From: Pseudomonadota bacterium
Lineage (GTDB): Bacteria; Bdellovibrionota_B; Oligoflexia; Oligoflexales; CAIYRB01
DNA length: 21,175 nt
Assembly (NCBI GenBank): GCA_031416315.1
Contig: JANOTL010000107.1
Coordinates: 1-21,175, forward strand
Direction of reading: 5' to 3'
Shown: positions 16,440 to 21,175 of the stretch, in pieces
How positions within the stretch are numbered: the stretch's first letter is position 1
How the letters are laid out: the number at the start of each line of letters is the position of its first letter
The notes under the pieces: model-generated
The model's database searches: none
Told to the model about the DNA's origin: nothing
What the model saw: the letters and a program-made list of their open reading frames with translations, nothing else
Translations under genes and position numbers: made by a program

Positions 16440-17141
16440 GTGATGCGCATCGCTTTAGCTCTCCTCGTGCTCGCCCTAGGCGCCACCGCCGCCCAAGCCC
16501 GCGACCGCGACACCCTCGTCCGCGAAATCGACGACCTCGCCAGCGACGTCCGCGGCGACGTCTGGCGCAGCGACGCGGAGGCGTCGCGTCTCGAAGAAGC
16601 CCGCGACCTTCTCCTTCGCGTGAAGGAAATCCTTCGCGAGACCGGCGGCGGCGACGGCGAGCTCCTCTGCGAGCCCTATTCCTCCGGCTACGCCTACGTG
16701 GTCAACGCCCGCACCAACCAGCGGCTCGGCGACTACACCACCATGGAAAACTGCCGCTCCATCATCGCATCCGCCGACAACGGCTTCGTCTGCGCGCCAT
16801 ACTCGAGTGGCTATGCCTATCTCACCGTCATCGCCACTGGCGCTCGCCTCGGTGACTACACGCCCGTGAACACGTGCCTCGACTTCATTCGCAACACCAA
16901 TCGCCAACTCCTTTGCCAGCCTTACAGCTCGGGCTATGCGTACTTGGTGCGCCGCTCCGACAACGCTCGCTTGGGCGACTACACGACTGAGTCGACCTGC
17001 TTCGAGGCCGTCCAGTATGCGACCGAGCGTCACGTGTGCCGCCCGTACAGCTCCGGCTTTGCCTACATCACCGAGATCGCGAGCAATCGCACCATCGGCG
17101 ATTATCTGTCGTTCAGCGAATGCCTGCGTAGTCTCCCTTGA
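16440..17141 (+). CDS. Secreted protein: helical N-domain, Gly linker and four 41-aa Cys/Tyr repeats
   Basis: RBS AAAGGA at 16428-16433, GTG/ATG start (16440/16443), signal RIALALLVLALGATAAQA, repeated CxPYSSG(Y/F)AY...(L/I)GDY.....C. Confidence 0.9.
   Translation: MMRIALALLVLALGATAAQARDRDTLVREIDDLASDVRGDVWRSDAEASRLEEARDLLLRVKEILRETGGGDGELLCEPYSSGYAYVVNARTNQRLGDYTTMENCRSIIASADNGFVCAPYSSGYAYLTVIATGARLGDYTPVNTCLDFIRNTNRQLLCQPYSSGYAYLVRRSDNARLGDYTTESTCFEAVQYATERHVCRPYSSGFAYITEIASNRTIGDYLSFSECLRSLP
16668..17132 (+). repeat. Intragenic tandem repeat, four units at exact 123-bp (41-aa) period
   Basis: First Cys codons of the units fall at 16668, 16791, 16914 and 17037. Conserved at protein level, diverged at synonymous sites; the last unit is shortened by the stop codon. 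Confidence 0.95.
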
Positions 17142-17476
17142 AGCGCCTCGCCTCGGCTCTTTGCTTCTGGGCCGCGGCTGCAACCGTTGCGGTCGCCGAC
17201 ATGACGCCTCTGCCGCTGCCACCGAAAAAAGCCCTCGAGGCCGCCCGCCTGCGCCAGCACTGCGAGAAGGGGGCGGTCGGTGAAGCGTGCCTCACGCAAG
17301 CGATGAAGCCAGGCAAATGCGGCTGGTTCACATGGTGGTGGCTTCCCGACTCCTTAGAGCGCGGCTTTGAGGGTGGCGACGCCACCCTCCTCACGGAGCA
17401 ATACCAGTGTAAGACGCAGACGAGAAAGCTGCCGACCGGCGAGGTCCCGGCCTTCAAGTGCCTCGCTTGCAAATGA
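17138..17476 (+). CDS. Small secreted Cys-rich protein (112 aa)
   Basis: TTG start overlaps the upstream stop (TTGA). Signal MKRLASALCFWAAAATVAVA, six Cys in the mature part, and a GWFTWWW patch. Confidence 0.7.
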   Translation: MKRLASALCFWAAAATVAVADMTPLPLPPKKALEAARLRQHCEKGAVGEACLTQAMKPGKCGWFTWWWLPDSLERGFEGGDATLLTEQYQCKTQTRKLPTGEVPAFKCLACK

Positions 17477-17521
17477 CCCTCTGGCGAGAACAAAGCCTTG
17501 AAGAAAGTTTTCGGGACGATT

Positions 17522-18973
17522 TCAAGCCTTGAGCGCCGCCAGCGGCTGGCTGATCGCGCCAAACGCTGGAATCGCGCCCGCCCCAGCGACCGCCTGTGCC
17601 GCGGCCAGTAACACCGAGCCCGGATGGGCTTGTTTCCCGTCGATGTGCTGTCCCAGCTTCAGGCCCGAGAGCGCTCCGCCGGCGACGAGCATCGCCATGT
17701 TCTCGGTCGAATGCGTGCTGGGCGCGCGGGTGTTTTCCGGCGACACGCCTGCGCCGCCCTCCTGCTTGAACACCAGCACAGTGCGGTCGAGCAAAGTGTT
17801 CGCCCCTTCCGGCGTCGCGCGCAACCTGTCGACCAGATAAGCGAAATGGTCGACGTGCCACGCGATAACCTTGCGCAAATGGGCGGTCGTCGCGTCGCTG
17901 AGGTGACCGATCTCGTGCACGTCGGCACGGATCGCCGGATCGATCGCGTGTGCGAGCATGTGCGACTGGAACGTCGTGATCATCATCGTCGCGGCGTGCG
18001 TCATGTCGCAGGCGAACGCCATGTGGATTAGGTCACAAAAGGTACGCGCCCGCTCGAACTCTTGGCTGTAGCCGGCGTTTACGTCAAAGCCGCCCTCGTC
18101 GAGGCCGCCCGTGACGGCGGGATCGGCGCCCGGATCGCTCGGCTTCGAGCAGGTCGCGGTCGTCGTCGGCGGCGCGGCGGCGAGACGGCGCTCGAGGGCG
18201 CGGACCTCCTCGAAGTGCTTTTCGAGGCGGATTTTGTCGCCGGCGCCAAGATCTTTCAAGACGCGGTCACGCTCGCCCAGCACGAGATCTAGGATGCTGC
18301 GGCGGCGGGTCAGCTCGGTCTGAGCCTTGGCATTCGCCGTGGCGCTGCCGCCGTCGGGCGGGACGAAAGTGCCGAAGAGCGCCTGGAACGCGGCACGCGG
18401 GGAATGCTGCTGCGGCAATCGGGAGCCGTTCGAATACGAGATGACGTCGCGGCCATAGTAGTCGTCGCCGTTCAGGTACCAGGAGGCTTGCGCGCAGAAT
18501 TGCAGCGATTTGAACGCGTCGCTCCCGCTGAGCGCTGCCGCGACGAGTTGGTCGGCGCTCGTAGTGTACTCGGTCGAGGCGCAGAGCAAGGGCGCCTTCG
18601 CCGCGACGTGGAAGAGTCCGGTCCAGCCGCCGGCGGGCGCGGCGCCGGCGGCCGTCCACGGGATTTTCAGGTGCGAGACGAGGCTGACGTTGGCGCGGAC
18701 GTCGCCGTGCAGCGCCAGCGGCGCGAACGCCGGCGTCGGGGTGTAGCCTCCTCCGAAGGCCGCAGGCACGAACGTCGAAAGGGCCGCTGCGTCGTTGTCC
18801 TTAGTAGTCGACTGGCCGCAGAAAAGGATGCCGAAGCACTTCTTCGGCGCCGCGCCGGTCTGGGCGAGCGCCTCGCCGTTGCCGTCGAGCATCGCCTCGA
18901 GCAGCGGCAGCGCGATTAGCACGGATCCCGCGCCCCGCAAGGCTTTCCGTCGATCCATCGTCCGCTTCTTCAC
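17522..18973 (-). CDS. DUF1552 (HXXSHH)-family protein with Tat-like signal
   Basis: Start reassigned to the GTG at 18973 (GGAGGA RBS, GTGA overlap with the upstream stop). Motifs DRRKALRGAG..IALPLLEAM, SADQLVA, SPRAAFQALFG, RRSILDLV, DKIRLEKH, AFACDMT, VHEIGH, GANTLLDRT. Confidence 0.92.
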   Translation of the reverse strand: MKKRTMDRRKALRGAGSVLIALPLLEAMLDGNGEALAQTGAAPKKCFGILFCGQSTTKDNDAAALSTFVPAAFGGGYTPTPAFAPLALHGDVRANVSLVSHLKIPWTAAGAAPAGGWTGLFHVAAKAPLLCASTEYTTSADQLVAAALSGSDAFKSLQFCAQASWYLNGDDYYGRDVISYSNGSRLPQQHSPRAAFQALFGTFVPPDGGSATANAKAQTELTRRRSILDLVLGERDRVLKDLGAGDKIRLEKHFEEVRALERRLAAAPPTTTATCSKPSDPGADPAVTGGLDEGGFDVNAGYSQEFERARTFCDLIHMAFACDMTHAATMMITTFQSHMLAHAIDPAIRADVHEIGHLSDATTAHLRKVIAWHVDHFAYLVDRLRATPEGANTLLDRTVLVFKQEGGAGVSPENTRAPSTHSTENMAMLVAGGALSGLKLGQHIDGKQAHPGSVLLAAAQAVAGAGAIPAFGAISQPLAALKA

Positions 18974-20703
18974 GGGGTGTCCTCCGCGTCCGCGTAGATC
19001 GCGGCGTCGCTGGCGAAAAAGTCGATCAGGAAGTCCTTGAGCCGGTATCCGGAGCTCTTGAAGGCCGCCTGCATGGCCGCGAGGCTCGTCGTCTCGGTCG
19101 TCTCGCGGGAGTCGAGGTACTCCCAGAGCTTTTCCACGAAGCAGCCGGCGATGATGTCCTTTTCGACGAGCAGGCGTCCAAGCTCGCCCGGTCCGCTGAA
19201 CGCCCCGGTGCCCGCGATCTCGCCCTTGCCGTCGATTGGGCATTCCGGCAAGTCCTTGTCGGTGGCGCGCGGGCGGCCCGCGGCGTCGAAGGCCTCGAGC
19301 CCGAAGCCGATCGGATCCATGAGCTTGTGACAGCCGGCGCAAGCGCCCGAAGACGCGTGCGACGAGTAGCGCGCCTTCTTGCACGGCGAGCCGTCCGTGC
19401 TCTCGGGCGGCTCGTCGACGTTCACGTTCGGAGGCGGAGGCGGCACGATCTGGCAGAAGAGCCGTTCGCGAACGAGCTTGCCGCGGATGGTGGGGCTCGT
19501 CTCGCCGTTCTGCTTCGCTCCGAGGCTCAGAAACGAGCCCTGCGAAAGAATTCCGGCCCGTCCGGAGGTGCCGTAGTCGACCCATCCGGGCGCGCCGCCG
19601 GCCGGGGCTGGCAGGCCATAGTGAGCGGCAAGGCTTGCGTCGACGTAAGTCTTCGGCGAGGTCAGCAGGCCGATCCAGGGGCTGTTGTTGGCGAACGCGA
19701 CGTGCTCGAGGAGTGCTTTCGACTCGATGCGCATTGACTGGACGAGCGCGGTGGCATGCGGCAACTTTTCGTAGCTCAGCCACATGGCGTGAAAGCGGTC
19801 GAGCTGCTTCAAGGTGCGCGGCGACTTCCAAATTGTCTCAACGATTGCGCGACGTGCGACCGCATCTGCGACGCCGTTGCGTTCGACAGCGAGGATCCAG
19901 TCGGACTCGGGCGCGGTGCCGGTCAGCGCCAGGCTCGTGCGCGTCAACCATTCCCGGTCGCTAAGCTTGCGGAGGCCACCGCCTAACGGCGTGCCGGACT
20001 CTAGGCGAAACAAGAATTCGGGGTGCTGAAGGAGCGCCATGACGAGGAGCGAAACGCCAGAGTCGGCATTGCCGTCCTGGACGGCGGCCGCGGAAGCGGC
20101 TGCCGCGAAGCGCTCGATCTCGTCCGCGGCGAGCGAGCGGCGCAGGAGCCCGCGTCCGGCTTTAGCCAGGAAGATCCGAAGGCAGGCCTCGACGTCCGAC
20201 GCCGTCGGGCCTGCGGTGCACCCCAGCACTTTGGTTTTTCGGGCGACGTCGGCGATCAGGCGGGCCGCGACGTCGGCGGCCATGCTCTCGAGCGCGCTAA
20301 CGTTGTTGGCATTCAGGCGCTTCTCGTCGAGCAGGTCAACGCGTGTGTCGAACGGCCCGCGCGCATCGTCGCCGAGCAGGCGGTAGGCGGGGCGTGAGTC
20401 GTCGGCGAGGACGAGGCTCAAGGTTTCGTCGATCTCGGCGACGGTGAGGCTGCGCGACGTCAGCGCGAGGTGCGTTGGTGCGGAGGCGGCGGCCGCTTCT
20501 GCCGCCGCCCTTGCCTCCGGAGTGGTCGGGCCGGCACCTTTGGCTCCTGATGGCAAACTAGGCTCGTCAGCGCCCTGATCTCCAGGGCCACCCGTCGCGC
20601 GAGCGCTACGCTTATTCGTTACCGCCGCCTTTCCGCAACTCGCCGCGGCGAGCGCGGTCGTCAGGGCGAATGTCAGCAGCTTCGCGGGGCTCAGGACAGC
20701 CAT
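18970..20703 (-). CDS. DUF1592/DUF1588/DUF1595-family lipoprotein with CxxCH heme-c motif
   Basis: ATG at 20703 with GAGGAGG RBS; lipobox AASC; motifs LLQHPEFLFRLE, RAGILSQGSFL, TSPTIRGKLVRERLFC..PPPP, and CAGCHKLMDPIGFGLEAFDAAGR. Confidence 0.93.
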   Translation of the reverse strand: MAVLSPAKLLTFALTTALAAASCGKAAVTNKRSARATGGPGDQGADEPSLPSGAKGAGPTTPEARAAAEAAAASAPTHLALTSRSLTVAEIDETLSLVLADDSRPAYRLLGDDARGPFDTRVDLLDEKRLNANNVSALESMAADVAARLIADVARKTKVLGCTAGPTASDVEACLRIFLAKAGRGLLRRSLAADEIERFAAAASAAAVQDGNADSGVSLLVMALLQHPEFLFRLESGTPLGGGLRKLSDREWLTRTSLALTGTAPESDWILAVERNGVADAVARRAIVETIWKSPRTLKQLDRFHAMWLSYEKLPHATALVQSMRIESKALLEHVAFANNSPWIGLLTSPKTYVDASLAAHYGLPAPAGGAPGWVDYGTSGRAGILSQGSFLSLGAKQNGETSPTIRGKLVRERLFCQIVPPPPPNVNVDEPPESTDGSPCKKARYSSHASSGACAGCHKLMDPIGFGLEAFDAAGRPRATDKDLPECPIDGKGEIAGTGAFSGPGELGRLLVEKDIIAGCFVEKLWEYLDSRETTETTSLAAMQAAFKSSGYRLKDFLIDFFASDAAIYADAEDTP

Positions 20704-20791
20704 CGCATCCTCCTCAGGCCCCTTCTGAGAAAGGAAGAGACTGAAGGCTCTTCGGAGCTTTTCTGGCTGAAGCTTAGGGACACGCTTCCTT

Positions 20792-21175
20792 CTACGAATG
20801 AGCATAAAAAGCACGGACCTTTGGCTGGTTTACCGCCGTCATCTCGATCAGAGCATCATCGGCTCGGGATCCGGTCGCCGCCGAAGAAGGCGCCTGCGGG
20901 GAGAGCCCCATGGTCGGCAGATAACCGCCGCCCGCGACGGCATAGCCAAGAGAAAAGGCGTCGTTCGCAGCGACGTTGTAGCTGGCGAGACCGTCGATCA
21001 CGGGTGCCGTCGCGGGGGCGAGAACGAGCACCATCGTTGCCGGCATAAGGTGGGACGCGGACTCTGGATCCGAGTGCGTAAGGAGGCGCGGCTCGAGCGC
21101 GTCGGCTTTGACGGCGCCTAAAATGAAGCTGCCCCGTCCGTGCCGGGGGGGGGGGGGGGGGGGGCGGGCGCGCCG
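20792..21175 (-). CDS. C-terminal part of a hypothetical protein, truncated by the window edge
   Basis: The frame of the 20792..21046 ORF stays open to the window end (...GSFILGAVKADALEPRLLTHSDPESASHLMPATMVLVLAP...AFYAHS) and is co-directional with the downstream operon. Confidence 0.55.
   Translation of the reverse strand, partial: RRARPPPPPPRHGRGSFILGAVKADALEPRLLTHSDPESASHLMPATMVLVLAPATAPVIDGLASYNVAANDAFSLGYAVAGGGYLPTMGLSPQAPSSAATGSRADDALIEMTAVNQPKVRAFYAHS
21145..21164. repeat. Poly-G homopolymer (20 nt), probably a sequencing or assembly-end artefact
   Basis: Twenty consecutive G lie 11 nt from the end of the sequence. Confidence 0.7.

Noticed and set aside
15872..16855. 327-aa plus-strand ORF, and the 329-aa minus-strand ORF at 15396..16385
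   Set aside because: Arg-rich and low-complexity, overlapping better-supported genes.
16668..17132. Regularly spaced repeats considered as a CRISPR array or DGR template/variable repeats
   Set aside because: Conservation is at codon level with synonymous changes, the period is 41 codons, and no cas gene or reverse transcriptase is present.
18974..19831. N-terminal extension of the 769-aa ORF (apparent large fusion)
   Set aside because: Arg-rich off-frame read inside the DUF1592 gene; the true start is the GTG at 18973 with an RBS.
20798..21121. 107-aa plus-strand ORF
   Set aside because: Arg-rich with no motif; the minus-strand open frame fits the operon direction better.
21145..21164. Poly-G tract as a phase-variation or G-quadruplex element
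   Set aside because: At the extreme sequence end, which is typical of two-colour sequencing artefacts; cannot be supported without reads.

Overview
GC-rich, gene-dense bacterial chromosomal window with no rRNA, tRNA, CRISPR array or mobile element visible. It opens with a 5'-truncated uvrA coupled to a lipoprotein and an RluA-type pseudouridine synthase, then a soluble PAS hybrid histidine kinase and two convergent secreted proteins. Next is a divergent imuA-imuB-dnaE2 damage-induced mutagenesis cassette with no adjacent lexA, preceded by a perfect 16-bp palindrome (CCATACATATGTATGG). A secreted GH14 beta-amylase follows, with its own AT-rich, near-leaderless sigma70-type promoter. Then come a conserved hypothetical protein, a lipoprotein, a secreted protein with four exact 41-aa Cys/Tyr repeats and its coupled small Cys-rich partner, a DUF1592-family heme-motif lipoprotein plus DUF1552 pair, and a truncated ORF ending in a poly-G run. 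Gene content suggests a delta-type lineage such as Oligoflexia/Bdellovibrionota or Myxococcota (inference only). The strongest leads are the candidate new SOS-type operator, the remodelled ImuB and the 41-aa repeat module.
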